A stretch of 64,000 nucleotides of DNA from Pseudomonadota bacterium. GTDB lineage: Bacteria; Pseudomonadota; Alphaproteobacteria; MPNO01; UBA830. The position numbers were made by a program, and so were the translations under genes. The notes beneath the pieces are model-generated. The model was not told where the DNA came from. It saw only the letters and a list, made by a program, of their open reading frames with translations, and did not search any database. Shown here one piece after another: positions 27,049 through 37,426 of the stretch. Every line of letters begins with the position of its first letter. Position 1 is the first letter of the stretch. The stretch spans positions 21,262 to 85,261 of the forward strand of contig JAYZQT010000007.1 in the NCBI GenBank assembly GCA_036136335.1, in the 5' to 3' direction.

Positions 27049-28314
27049 ATGAAAATTCTCAAATTACGCCATTTGTGCGTTGCTATAACTGCTTTGGCAC
27101 TCTCTAGCTTTGCCATTTTCACTAACACCGCCATCGCGAAATCTCCAATTAAAATCGGTTTCAGCATGGCCCTAACTGGTGGCCTGGCTGGAGGCGGTAA
27201 ACAAGCCCTCGTCGCTATGGAAATGTGGGCAGAGGATGTTAACAAGAAGGGTGGTCTGTTAGGTCGTCCAGTGAAACTGATATATTACGATGATCAAACC
27301 AACCCAAAAAATGTGCCGGGTATCTATGCAAAACTGCTAGACATCGACAAGGTAGATTTTGTTGTATCAGGTTATGGTACCAACCTGATTGCGCCGGCTT
27401 TACCTGTAATAATCCAGCGGGATCTGGTCTTCATGGGCCTCTTTGGCATGAACAACAACAAGAAATGGAAATATGACAAGTATTTCCAGATACTTCCTTC
27501 CGGTCCGGATCCAGCAGTAGACTTTTCGCGCGCATGGTTTGATACCGTGATGCAATTAAAGCCCACGCCAAAATCCATCGCCTTCGTAGCAGCGGATGCA
27601 GAATTCGCAAAAAACCTTAAAGAAGGTGCCGTTACGAACGCCAAGAGACTTGGTCTTAAAATAACCTATAATAAAAACTTCAAGCCAGGCACACCTGACT
27701 TCACACCGATCATCCGGGCAGTCAACGCAACCAAGCCGGATGTGTTCTATGTGGCATGTTATCCGCCAGGAGCGGCCGGGATGACCCGGGCGGTAAGTGA
27801 GGTGGGAACAAAGGTAAGGGCATTCGGCGGAGGAATGGTCGGACTTCAGTTCGCAGGCATAATGAAAGGACTCGGTCCAAAGTTGAACGGTGTCCTCAAT
27901 TATGATTTCTACGTTCCTGAGCCAAACATGGCTGCATATCCCGGCGTTATGGACCTCCTTGCCCGTTATCAGAAAATAGCACCCTCACGTAAGGTTGATC
28001 CGCTTGGGTACTATCTGGCACCCTGGGCATACGCCTATGTACAGATATTGGGTGATGCGGTGAATGCTGTTGGTAAGATTGATCATGCCGCAATTGCGAA
28101 GTACATACATGCCACAGAATTCAATACTGTCGTTGGCAAGGTTAAATTTGGCAAAAATGGCGAATGGGCAAAGGGACGCACTCTTACGGTTCAATGGCAA
28201 AACATCAAAAACAAAAATGACCTTCAGCAATTTACCAAACCTGGTATTCGGAAGATCATGGCACCGGCGAAGTTTGCGACCGGGAAAGTAATGCCGTTTA
28301 ACGCGTTACGCTGA
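27049..28314 (+). CDS. Liv-type (HAAT) ABC transporter substrate-binding protein
   Basis: Signal peptide, IKIGFSMALTG, GGLLGRPVKLIYYDD; GGAGG RBS before the ATG at 27049. Confidence 0.9.
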   Translation: MKILKLRHLCVAITALALSSFAIFTNTAIAKSPIKIGFSMALTGGLAGGGKQALVAMEMWAEDVNKKGGLLGRPVKLIYYDDQTNPKNVPGIYAKLLDIDKVDFVVSGYGTNLIAPALPVIIQRDLVFMGLFGMNNNKKWKYDKYFQILPSGPDPAVDFSRAWFDTVMQLKPTPKSIAFVAADAEFAKNLKEGAVTNAKRLGLKITYNKNFKPGTPDFTPIIRAVNATKPDVFYVACYPPGAAGMTRAVSEVGTKVRAFGGGMVGLQFAGIMKGLGPKLNGVLNYDFYVPEPNMAAYPGVMDLLARYQKIAPSRKVDPLGYYLAPWAYAYVQILGDAVNAVGKIDHAAIAKYIHATEFNTVVGKVKFGKNGEWAKGRTLTVQWQNIKNKNDLQQFTKPGIRKIMAPAKFATGKVMPFNALR

Positions 28315-28338
28315 ACGCTATCCCAGGTGCAGTAATAG

Positions 28339-28368
28339 TTGGCGGGTGGGCAAACGCCCACCCGCCAA
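28339..28368 (+). repeat. Intercistronic perfect 13-bp stem-loop after the binding-protein gene
   Basis: TTGGCGGGTGGGC-AAAC-GCCCACCCGCCAA. Confidence 0.85.
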
Positions 28369-28392
28369 AACCCTTTGTGGGGGACAACCTCT

Positions 28393-29283
28393 TTGTTTTC
28401 TTTTGAGTTACTTATTAATGCCCTCGTAATTGGCGTTCTGTTGGGCGGGTTTTACGCGGCCCTTAGCATAGGTCTCTCGATCTCGTTTGGTTTACTAGAT
28501 ATCGTGAACATCGCGCACCCGGCATTTATAATACTTGGCGCGTTCGGGTGTTTTATTTTTAATTCGCTATACGGATTTGATCCCATACTGGTCGGCCTGT
28601 GTTTTGCGCCCGTCTTTTTCCTACTAGGAACGTTAATTTATCGGGTCTACTACAGCAGCTTTGAGAAGACGGGGGCGGAAGCCTTACGGGGCCTCGCGTT
28701 TTTTTTCGGTGTAATGTTTATTATCGAAGTCATACTCATCATGTTTTTCGGCGTGGACTTCCAAATGGTCCAAGCTGATTACATCGACTACAAGCCCAGC
28801 TTTGGATTTGTGGATCTTCCATTCCGGATGTTTGTGCCTTTTGTCATAGCGATGGTCATGACGTTGGGCTTACAGTATTTTTCTTCCCGAACGTTTTTCG
28901 GTCGCGCAATGCAAGCAGTAGCGCAGGACCCACTGGCCCTCCGCTTAATGGCGATCGATCCCGCTCGAATAAAACGTATTGCGTTTGGCATATCCCTCGC
29001 GACCTGCAGCATCGCGGGCGCTCTATTGGTCATAGTTATTCCCATCGAACCGTCTGTCGGCCGTCTCTACATAGGGCAAGTCTTCGCAATCGTCGTGCTC
29101 GGAGGTCTGGGATCGCAAAGTGGCACTCTAATAGCCGCCATGCTACTGGGCCTCTCAGAGAGCCTTATTACAACTTTCTTCGGACCCTCATGGTCCCCAG
29201 CTGTCGCTTTCGGTGCACTGATACTCGTCCTGGCGTTTAAACCAACGGGAATTCTGGGCCGGGCCGGGGACACAAGGGGATGA
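28393..29283 (+). CDS. livH: Branched-chain amino acid-type ABC permease
   Basis: GLSISFGLLDIVNIAH, FGRAMQAVAQD, VVLGGLGS, KPTGILG; TTG start after a G-rich RBS. Confidence 0.88.
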   Translation: MFSFELLINALVIGVLLGGFYAALSIGLSISFGLLDIVNIAHPAFIILGAFGCFIFNSLYGFDPILVGLCFAPVFFLLGTLIYRVYYSSFEKTGAEALRGLAFFFGVMFIIEVILIMFFGVDFQMVQADYIDYKPSFGFVDLPFRMFVPFVIAMVMTLGLQYFSSRTFFGRAMQAVAQDPLALRLMAIDPARIKRIAFGISLATCSIAGALLVIVIPIEPSVGRLYIGQVFAIVVLGGLGSQSGTLIAAMLLGLSESLITTFFGPSWSPAVAFGALILVLAFKPTGILGRAGDTRG

Positions 29284-30257
29284 GTACCAAACGATTTTAT
29301 ATTGTCATCTCAGCGCTGGTTGTCCTTAGCTACCTAGCGACAGCCTTCGTTAATAACCAATACTATTTCTTTGCGGGTTTCGCCATTCTCCAGCTAATGG
29401 TCATGGCACTTGCGTGGAATATACTTGGTGGGTACGCCGGCTACGTTAACTTCGGCAGCGCTGCTTTTTTCGGACTAGGTGCGTATGCTGCAATAGTTGC
29501 ACTTCAATTATTCGGCGCCACATTGTTTACCCAAATTATCGTTGGCGGTTGTTTCGCTGGTCTTGTCGGGTTGGCGACAGGGTATTTAACTCTCCGTCTA
29601 AGGGGTGTTTACTTTGCTATTGCCACCTTGGCGCTACTGGTCGTTGCCGAAACATTAATCGTCAACTGGGATTATGTTGGTGGGGCGGCAGGCGCCTATG
29701 TTCTTCCAAAGAGAAATCCAAGCATATTAGGCGTGCTGATAGTTGGGAAGAGCGACGCCTTGTTCGGAAATTACAAGGAGCTTCTGTTTTTCCTCATGTG
29801 TGTGATAGCGCTCGCAACGATAGCCGTTTGTAGATATGTCGAAAAATCGAAATTCGGTCGTGGCCTTGAGGCACTCAGAGATAATGAAGAAGCCGCGGAA
29901 AGCATGGGGGTACCAACGCTTAAGCTCAAGTTGATAGCCACCACAGTAAGCGCGGCGATTATGGGTTTCACAGGTGGGATTTTTCCTTATTACATGACGT
30001 TTGTTGACCCAATCTCCGCTTTTAACCTTGATATTTCCGTAAATGCGCTAGCAATGCCCCTGATTGGTGGGACAGCGACCTGGCTTGGCCCGGTTCTGGG
30101 AGCAATCGTTCTGGGTACACTGCAACAGGTAATCACGGTTACGGTTTCTTCTTCCATTAATCTACTCATCGTGGGTCTGTTTCTGGTTGCATTTGTAATT
30201 TTTGCGCCTGACGGGTTCCTTGGTTTAATTAAGAAATTCAGGAAACGCGGAGACTAG
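29280..30257 (+). CDS. livM: Branched-chain amino acid-type ABC permease
   Basis: WNILGGYAGYVNFG, LRLRGVYFAIATL, ALRDNEEAAESMGV. Confidence 0.9.
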   Translation: MSTKRFYIVISALVVLSYLATAFVNNQYYFFAGFAILQLMVMALAWNILGGYAGYVNFGSAAFFGLGAYAAIVALQLFGATLFTQIIVGGCFAGLVGLATGYLTLRLRGVYFAIATLALLVVAETLIVNWDYVGGAAGAYVLPKRNPSILGVLIVGKSDALFGNYKELLFFLMCVIALATIAVCRYVEKSKFGRGLEALRDNEEAAESMGVPTLKLKLIATTVSAAIMGFTGGIFPYYMTFVDPISAFNLDISVNALAMPLIGGTATWLGPVLGAIVLGTLQQVITVTVSSSINLLIVGLFLVAFVIFAPDGFLGLIKKFRKRGD

Positions 30258-30262
30258 TTTCC

Positions 30263-30982
30263 ATGCTCGAAGTGCAAAACCTTACAAAAAAATTTGGTGG
30301 CTTTACGGCGCTATCGGAGATCAATCTAAAGGTAAATCCGGGAGAACGACTTGGCCTAATTGGGCCCAACGGATCCGGCAAAACAACCCTCATTAATTGT
30401 GTATCCGGAACCATACAAGATTACGACGGCGAGGTTCATTTCAACGGAGAAAATTTAAATTCTCTCGTCGCGCACAAGAGAGCAAGGAGAGGAGTATCCA
30501 GAAGTTTCCAAATTCCCAAACCGTTTACCAGTATGACGGTAAAACAAAACCTAATGATACCCCTAGAGTACGCGGTAAGTAAGGAAGAAATCGGCGCACT
30601 TTCTATTGCACAACATGCGGATAAAATCATCGAAGGACTAGAGCTGACAGATAAATCAGATCAACTGACCTCGGGTTTGACCCAGATAGAAATGCGAAAA
30701 CTAGAACTCGCACGGGCAATGGCGCTCAAACCTAAACTTTTGATTTCTGACGAGGCAATGGCAGGTCTTTCGAGTTCTGAAGTCGATGACATTCTTAAAA
30801 TTCTATTCGAACTTAACGAGAGAACGAAGATAACGATCATAATGATCGAGCACATCATGCGTGCGGTGATGAGCTTCTCCGAAAGAGTTGTATGTTTGGA
30901 TGCGGGGAAAATAATTGCAAATGGCACACCAGACGATGTCATAAAGAATTCGGCTGTCGAGAAGGCTTATCTGGGTGAGTAA
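30263..30982 (+). CDS. livG: ABC ATP-binding protein
   Basis: Walker A GPNGSGKTT, IEH and C-terminal AYLG. Confidence 0.9.
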   Translation: MLEVQNLTKKFGGFTALSEINLKVNPGERLGLIGPNGSGKTTLINCVSGTIQDYDGEVHFNGENLNSLVAHKRARRGVSRSFQIPKPFTSMTVKQNLMIPLEYAVSKEEIGALSIAQHADKIIEGLELTDKSDQLTSGLTQIEMRKLELARAMALKPKLLISDEAMAGLSSSEVDDILKILFELNERTKITIIMIEHIMRAVMSFSERVVCLDAGKIIANGTPDDVIKNSAVEKAYLGE

Positions 30983-31703
30983 ACTGGTAATTGAAAATAT
31001 TTGTGCGGGTTATGGATCCGTGCAGGTTCTCCACGACGTGAGTCTATCGGTTGAACCTGGGGAAACGGTCGTCCTACTTGGAACAAATGGCAATGGTAAA
31101 AGTACACTTTTGAAATCCGTAATGGGTCTTGTTACCCCGAGTAAAGGTACTATCAGTTATGAGATTGACGGACAGAATATCAACCTGATTGGCAAACGCA
31201 CCGAAGAAATCGTTGAGCTCGGTATTGCGATGGTCCCGGAAGGACGACGGCTATTTTCTTTACTAACTGTTGAAGAAAACCTCACGTTAGGTGCATATCG
31301 AGACGCGGCACGGCAAAAAATTGATGAAAACCTCGAATTCTGCTTTACAACCTTTCCGCGCCTGAAAGAAAGACGCAAACAACAAGCTGGCAGCCTCAGC
31401 GGCGGTGAACAACAGATGGTAGCTGTCGCCCGGTCCCTAATGAGTAATCCGAATATTTTGTTGATAGATGAGCCTTCGGTGGGTTTAGCACCCATACTTG
31501 TCAGCCAGATGATTGCCAAAATAAAAGAATTAAAGGAATTAAAAAACCTAACAGTTCTAATGGCTGAACAGAACTTTAACCAAGCCATCAAGATTGCTGA
31601 CAGAGGCTACGTGATTGTCCATGGCCAAATCGAATTTGAAGGCAAATCAGCCGTTGAACTGGAAGACAATGAGATGATCAAGCAGTTTTATCTGGGCGCT
31701 TAA
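30975..31703 (+). CDS. livF: ABC ATP-binding protein
   Basis: GTNGNGKST, VPEGRRLF, LSGGEQQM, DEPSVGLAP. Confidence 0.92.
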   Translation: MSKLVIENICAGYGSVQVLHDVSLSVEPGETVVLLGTNGNGKSTLLKSVMGLVTPSKGTISYEIDGQNINLIGKRTEEIVELGIAMVPEGRRLFSLLTVEENLTLGAYRDAARQKIDENLEFCFTTFPRLKERRKQQAGSLSGGEQQMVAVARSLMSNPNILLIDEPSVGLAPILVSQMIAKIKELKELKNLTVLMAEQNFNQAIKIADRGYVIVHGQIEFEGKSAVELEDNEMIKQFYLGA

Positions 31704-31735
31704 CCTCTTTTTGTTTTAAGACCAAAAGCGAACGA

Positions 31736-32197
31736 TCACGAGTCCGTCAGTTCTGATGCCATGACATCCGCCCTAATGCCTTTTGCTTCCGCCGCTGCAA
31801 AATTGAGTTCAATTTTCACGCCATTGGGATCCAGTAGAAAAATTTGAAATAGCCCCTGATCGTCCACCTGACGTTTAGTGTAGGGGACCTCCTTGGCATC
31901 AAGGGATTTCATCATGTCCTGCAACGCCGTCGCCCTAAACGCAACATGATCAACTACCCCTGAGCCCTGTGTCGCGGTCGATTGCTGTCCAAGATATTTC
32001 TTTCTGTTTTCTGACACATCGTCACCACCGACTGTCAAATGCAGAACGGGCTCATCCCCAAGGTAAAGCCACTTTACCGGCATTTTGAAATCGGGATGCG
32101 GCCCCTCCACCATACCCAAGACTTCCACATACCAGTCGCATGTACCTTCAAGATCCTCGGTCTGAATCAGAAAATGTTCCAGATGGGAAAGGGTCAA
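31736..32197 (-). CDS. VOC/glyoxalase family protein
   Basis: LEHF, LHL, VDHVAF and DPNGVKIELNF metal-site pattern. Confidence 0.85.
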   Translation of the reverse strand: MTLSHLEHFLIQTEDLEGTCDWYVEVLGMVEGPHPDFKMPVKWLYLGDEPVLHLTVGGDDVSENRKKYLGQQSTATQGSGVVDHVAFRATALQDMMKSLDAKEVPYTKRQVDDQGLFQIFLLDPNGVKIELNFAAAEAKGIRADVMASELTDS

Positions 32198-32268
32198 CTA
32201 AATTCCTTTTTAAATAGCGCAGCGCATTATTTAGTTTAATCCAATTCATCACGATGCCAACACCGATT

Positions 32269-32285
32269 ATCGCATTTCTTGCGAT
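32269..32285. promoter_or_regulatory. Candidate operator ATCGCA-N5-TGCGAT between the divergent VOC and DUF1330 genes
   Basis: Perfect 6-bp inverted repeat in a divergent intergenic region. Confidence 0.3.
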
Positions 32286-32363
32286 GAAAGATCATAAATA
32301 TTATGAGGATCGTCGAAGAGCCACACCGGCTGAACCTGAGGATAATCTGTCTGGAGAATAGCA

Positions 32364-32675
32364 ATGACTGCATACTGGCTTGCCCGCGCCAAAATCAATG
32401 ATCAATCCGAATATATGAAATATGCTACTAAGGTCCCGGCAATACTCCAAAAATACAACGGAAAAATTCTCACCCGTGGCGGAAAATACAAGACACTGGA
32501 AGGTAAAGATTACTTCGAAAGGTTCGTCGTTATCGAGTTTCCGTCGATGGAAGATGCGGAAGCCTGTTTTAGTTCAGCCGAATACACGGCAGCCGCGCAG
32601 TTCCGACGCAACGATGACGTCGGTCATAACGAGCTGACAATAGTTGAGGCTGGGGATCTGACCCCACATAAATAA
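32364..32675 (+). CDS. DUF1330 family protein
   Basis: MTAY..., GKILTRGG, LEG, RFVVIEFPS, S.EY..A...R. Confidence 0.88.
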   Translation: MTAYWLARAKINDQSEYMKYATKVPAILQKYNGKILTRGGKYKTLEGKDYFERFVVIEFPSMEDAEACFSSAEYTAAAQFRRNDDVGHNELTIVEAGDLTPHK

Positions 32676-32754
32676 CAGGCCAGCATCCCGGAAGATAATC
32701 ACAAGTAGCCGGGGCGAGGCGTAAGACAGGGAAATGGTCTTCGGGGATAAATGA

Positions 32755-33492
32755 CTAACGTCCGCCCGAAATACCTAACACAGTGCCGGATACATAAGCC
32801 GCCTGATCGGAGAGTAGCCAGACAATGGCGCTAGCCACCTCGTGGGGTTCCCCAACACGCTTAAAGGGTATTGTCGGAGCAATAGCCTCCACTCTTCCTT
32901 CTGGCTGTATTTCCGTATTAATGGTTCCCGGGCTTACAGCGCATACACGAACGCCTTCTGAACCGACCTCCTGCGCGAGTCCAAAAGTAAATGTGTCGAT
33001 TGCCCCTTTGCTTGCGGCATAATGAACGTGTCCACCAGCGCCACCCAGGGTAGATGCACGGGACGAAAGATTTACAATAACTCCACCTTTTCCTGCTTTT
33101 GTTCTAGACATGCGCCTAAGGCCCTCGCGGGCGCATAGGATCGTTCCGACAATGTTAACCATCACGTGTCGGGTGAGTTCGGCGCCCGAAATGGCGTCAA
33201 TTCGGGTAATTGGCTCAAGGACGCCAGCGGAATTCACCAGAGCGTTCAGGCGTCCTAGCTTTTCATCGCATTTCTCAAATAATTCAATTACGTCTTCTTC
33301 ACACGAAATATCAGCCTTTACGGCAATCGCCCGGCGCCCAATGTCTTTGATACGGGACACAACTTTCCCCGCACGCTCACTGTCTGTTCTATAATTCACG
33401 CAGACGTCCCAGCCGGCTTTTGCTGCCGCAATGGATGTCTCCGCTCCAATTCCACGTCCGCCGCCCGTGACCAACAAAGTCCCACTCATCAT
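32755..33492 (-). CDS. Short-chain dehydrogenase/reductase
   Basis: TGGGRGIG, VNSAG, catalytic YAASK, VSPG; GGAG RBS before the ATG at 33492/33489. Confidence 0.92.
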   Translation of the reverse strand: MMSGTLLVTGGGRGIGAETSIAAAKAGWDVCVNYRTDSERAGKVVSRIKDIGRRAIAVKADISCEEDVIELFEKCDEKLGRLNALVNSAGVLEPITRIDAISGAELTRHVMVNIVGTILCAREGLRRMSRTKAGKGGVIVNLSSRASTLGGAGGHVHYAASKGAIDTFTFGLAQEVGSEGVRVCAVSPGTINTEIQPEGRVEAIAPTIPFKRVGEPHEVASAIVWLLSDQAAYVSGTVLGISGGR

Positions 33493-33599
33493 ATTCTCCT
33501 TCTCTAATCCCAGACGAACAGTGACGTTTACGGATGTCAACAGCCCGCCATTTGACCAGAGACGACCAGGCATTAAAAATAGCACCACTGGAGAACAAT

Positions 33600-35684
33600 G
33601 TGACACAACCAAAAACAAGAAACGCCATCCGCCTCGCCGCCGATATTGGCGGTACGTTTACCGACATTTCCGCATTCGATCCCACATCCGGATCCCTATT
33701 ATTCGGTAAAACGCTATCTACACCCGAAAAGCTTATAGATGGAATTGCCGATGCCGTGGCCAAGGCGGGAACAACCTTTCCGGAGGCGGAGTTTTTCCTT
33801 CATGGTTCGACCATATCAATCAACACCATTCTGGAGCGGACTGGCGCCAGAACAGCGCTGCTCATCACGAAAGGATACCGCGATATTTACGAAATCGGCC
33901 GGGTTAACCGGCCCGATTCCTATAACCTGTTTTTCGGCAAGCACGAGCCATTGGTTGAACGCGCGCTCCGCTTCGAGGTAAACGAACGGCTGTATTCGGA
34001 GGGAACGGTATACAAACCCCTCGACGAACAAAAAGTCCGAGAAACCTGCGCGAAGCTGCGGGAAGAGGGTGTTGAATCCGTGGCGATACTGCTTCTTCAC
34101 TGTTACGCCAATGCGGCCCATGAATTGCGGGTGCGGGAGATTGTCGAGGAGGAACTGCCTGGTATCTTTGTCTCCTCTTCTCACGAGTTAAGCCAAGAAT
34201 ACCGAGAGTTTGAGCGCTGTTCTACCGTTGTGGCAAATGCCTACATCGGACCAAAAGTTAAGGGCTATATTAGCGAGATAGATGATCACATCCGCACAGA
34301 TGGCTTCAAAGGATCCTTTCTGGTCGTTCAGTCCACGGGAGGTCTATACGATGGCATGCAGGCCCGACGCCACTGCGTCCGGATGCTTGAATCTGGCCCC
34401 GCAGCCGGCGTTATAGGAACCCAGGCCCTTTGCAATGCCCTGGGCATGTCGAACGCCATAGCTTTTGACATGGGTGGGACAACCGCGAAGGCGGGCGTGA
34501 TACATGGTGGTAAGGCGCTGACTACCGGAAGTGCGTTGATTGGGGGATACGAACGTGCACTTCCCATCCAGATCGCAATGATGGATATCTTTGAAGTTGG
34601 AACTGGTGGCGGATCGATTGCCCGGGTCGCTGATGAAGGCGGTTTACGCGTCGGCCCGGAGAGCGCCGGCGCTCAGCCCGGACCTGCCTGCTACGGTCAC
34701 GGCGGAGACCAACCGACGGTAACCGATGCAAATGTTGTATTGGGCCGTCTATCACCAGATCGATTCCTAGGCGGAGAAATTGAACTCAACGTGGACTCCG
34801 CAACCACCGCAATTGATAACCGGATTGCGAAACCATTGGGAATGGATACGGTAACCGCAGCACAAGGAATGCTCCAAATCGCGGTGACCGCAATGTCACA
34901 CGCCGTAAAAGCCGTGACCACCGAACGCGGACTGGATGCAGGTGATTTTGCCATGGTCGCCTACGGCGGTGCAGGCCCACTGCACGCGTGCAACATCGCC
35001 CGCGAAATGGGAATCAGTAAAGTGATAATTCCACGTTCACCGGGCCATTTCTCCGCGTTTGGCATGCTGTTTTCAGATCTACGCTATGACTTTGTCAGAT
35101 CATGTTTTACCAAGCTCGCGGACGCCGCATTCGAGGACATTGAAGCCATCTACGAAGAACTCGAAGCGGAAGGAATGGAGGAGGCGGAGAAAGTACGCAC
35201 AGCGCCCGAACAAATTGTGATTAGCAGGGCCGCCGACATGCGCTATGTGGGACAAGAACATTCCGTCAGCGTCGATCTCTCCTCGGATCTGTTTGCCAAG
35301 GAAGACCGGGCAGGAATCAAATCACGGTTTGATGCCGTACATGATCTCCGCTACGGCACAAGCGCACCCGGGGAGCGAAGCGAGATTGTTAGTCTGCGTG
35401 TGACAGTCACAGGAATTTTGAAGAAACCTGCGCTTAAGCCAATCAAAAGCGGCACCAACATTCCTTCACTCGACGCTCATTGTGGTACCAGGCAGGTCCG
35501 CTTTGGTGAGAAACTTAGCGATACAGATACCTGGGACAGGACAAAATTATTGGCAGGGAACAAAATCACTGGCCCGGCACTTATCGAAGAACATGCGTCT
35601 ACCACTGTCCTTCATCCAGATGACAGGCTCGAAGTCGATCGGTTTGGCAACCTAGTCGTATCAATAAGAGGGCGGACGTCATGA
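33600..35684 (+). CDS. hyuA: Hydantoinase A / oxoprolinase family protein (ATP-dependent cyclic amide hydrolase alpha subunit)
   Basis: DIGGTFTD, ESGPAAG, DMGGTT, GTGGGSI, PGPACYG, GGAGPLH; GTG start after GGAG. Confidence 0.9.
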   Translation: MTQPKTRNAIRLAADIGGTFTDISAFDPTSGSLLFGKTLSTPEKLIDGIADAVAKAGTTFPEAEFFLHGSTISINTILERTGARTALLITKGYRDIYEIGRVNRPDSYNLFFGKHEPLVERALRFEVNERLYSEGTVYKPLDEQKVRETCAKLREEGVESVAILLLHCYANAAHELRVREIVEEELPGIFVSSSHELSQEYREFERCSTVVANAYIGPKVKGYISEIDDHIRTDGFKGSFLVVQSTGGLYDGMQARRHCVRMLESGPAAGVIGTQALCNALGMSNAIAFDMGGTTAKAGVIHGGKALTTGSALIGGYERALPIQIAMMDIFEVGTGGGSIARVADEGGLRVGPESAGAQPGPACYGHGGDQPTVTDANVVLGRLSPDRFLGGEIELNVDSATTAIDNRIAKPLGMDTVTAAQGMLQIAVTAMSHAVKAVTTERGLDAGDFAMVAYGGAGPLHACNIAREMGISKVIIPRSPGHFSAFGMLFSDLRYDFVRSCFTKLADAAFEDIEAIYEELEAEGMEEAEKVRTAPEQIVISRAADMRYVGQEHSVSVDLSSDLFAKEDRAGIKSRFDAVHDLRYGTSAPGERSEIVSLRVTVTGILKKPALKPIKSGTNIPSLDAHCGTRQVRFGEKLSDTDTWDRTKLLAGNKITGPALIEEHASTTVLHPDDRLEVDRFGNLVVSIRGRTS

Positions 35685-37426
35685 CAGATGAAAAGCGAAA
35701 AACCGACCCAGTTGTTACAGAAATCGTGCGCAACGGCGTGATTGCAATTACTGAAGAAATGAAATCAAACCTGATGCGCACGGCATACAACATGATCATA
35801 TACGAAGCGCTCGATTTCACTGTCGGCCTTTTTACCGCGAAGGGTGAAACAATATCAATCGGACTTGGGCTACCCATGTTCATTCGCGGCATGGCAGAAA
35901 CCATCAAAACAAAACTCGCCCATTACGGAGTGGATGGAATAATGCCTGGCGATATTCTTCTGACTAACGACGCATACATCACCGGCAGCCATCTCAACCA
36001 CCTCACTTTCTCCCTGCCAATATTTCTGGATGGTGAGCTAATCGGGTTTTCTTGCTGCATGGCGCACTGGCCCGATATTGGAGGCACACTGGACGGTATA
36101 ACCACGGACATCTATTCCGAAGGACTACAACTGCCGATCGTTAAATACCAACGTGAGGGAGTGGTTAATGAAGAACTTGTCGATATCATAAAAGCGAACG
36201 TTCGGCTGCCGGATAGGGCAATGGGCGATCTCCGGGCGCAACTGACAGCGATCACAACGGGCGAACGGCGTTATCTCGAACTGGTTGGCCGTTACGGAAA
36301 AAACCAGGTTGCCACATCGCTATCCGATATCATGGATCAATCTGAGCGGGCCGCCCGCGCCCGCACACTCTCCATTCCCGACGGTGTTTATGAGGCAGAA
36401 TCCTATATGGATGATGATGGCGTCAGCATATCAGACCGGATTCCCATCCGCGTCCGAGTAACTGTCGATGGCGACGAGATGACAGTCGATCTTTCCGATG
36501 TGGCAGAACAGGTGCGCGGTTTCTATAACTCAGGAATTACAACTGGACATGCCTGTTCGCAGGTGGCGTTCAAGTGCATAACGTCGCCGACCGATTATCC
36601 CATTAACGATGGTTCGTTCAGAAACCTGAAGGCAATAGTTCCACCCGGACGGGTAATAAGCGCAGTGAAGCCGGCGCCAATGCGTTGGTGGATGACCTTT
36701 CCGATGACCATCGTGGACACTATCTTCAAAGCGCTGACACCAGGCATCCCGGACAGGACGATAGCCGGACATCACGCAGATCTTGTCTGCGGTATGCTCA
36801 ACGGCATTAATCCGCAAACCAACGAGTTTTATCTTGCATTTATCGGTCCAACGGGTGGGGGTTGGGGTGCAAAAAAATCGGAGGACGGGGTTAGCGCCAC
36901 CGTATGCATCAATGATGGTGACACTCACAACAGCCCCGCTGAACAGCTTGAAGCAAAGTACCCCCTGCTGATTGAAAACTACATCCTTCGCGAGGATTCA
37001 GGAGGCGCGGGAGAATTTCGAGGTGGTCTGGGCTGCGGATATACTGTACAGGCGCGCGCCGATCTAATGTTAAATGCGCAGGTGGACCGGATGCACTGCA
37101 AACCGTGGGGGCTAAATGGAGGACTTGACGCTGCCGGGAATGCCGTCGTACTGCGCTCGAATGGGTCCTGGAAGGAAGATTACCCCAATGCCAAACTTCT
37201 TACAGCCCGCATCAAGAAGGGTGACGCCTTCGCAGTCCGCTCTGGCGGCGGTGGGGGTTTTGGCGATCCCCTAAATCGGCCCGCCGCAAAAGTCGCAGAC
37301 GATGTGCGCCAAGGATATGTATCAGTCATGTCCGCTAAAAAGAATTACGGTGTTATATGCAACGGTTCTGGTGCTCTTGACGTAGAAGGTACCGAACACC
37401 TTCGGTCCTCGCGCCGAAGTGGCTAA
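35681..37426 (+). CDS. hyuB: Hydantoinase B / oxoprolinase family protein
   Basis: TNDAYITGSH, HWPDIGG, EGLQLP, DSGGAGEFRGG, GGGGGFGDP; ATGA overlap with hyuA. Confidence 0.9.
   Translation: MTDEKRKTDPVVTEIVRNGVIAITEEMKSNLMRTAYNMIIYEALDFTVGLFTAKGETISIGLGLPMFIRGMAETIKTKLAHYGVDGIMPGDILLTNDAYITGSHLNHLTFSLPIFLDGELIGFSCCMAHWPDIGGTLDGITTDIYSEGLQLPIVKYQREGVVNEELVDIIKANVRLPDRAMGDLRAQLTAITTGERRYLELVGRYGKNQVATSLSDIMDQSERAARARTLSIPDGVYEAESYMDDDGVSISDRIPIRVRVTVDGDEMTVDLSDVAEQVRGFYNSGITTGHACSQVAFKCITSPTDYPINDGSFRNLKAIVPPGRVISAVKPAPMRWWMTFPMTIVDTIFKALTPGIPDRTIAGHHADLVCGMLNGINPQTNEFYLAFIGPTGGGWGAKKSEDGVSATVCINDGDTHNSPAEQLEAKYPLLIENYILREDSGGAGEFRGGLGCGYTVQARADLMLNAQVDRMHCKPWGLNGGLDAAGNAVVLRSNGSWKEDYPNAKLLTARIKKGDAFAVRSGGGGGFGDPLNRPAAKVADDVRQGYVSVMSAKKNYGVICNGSGALDVEGTEHLRSSRRSG

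Noticed and set aside
33521-33541. LiuR-like box GTGACGTTTACGGATGTCAAC
   Set aside because: Only a partial palindrome; too weak to call.
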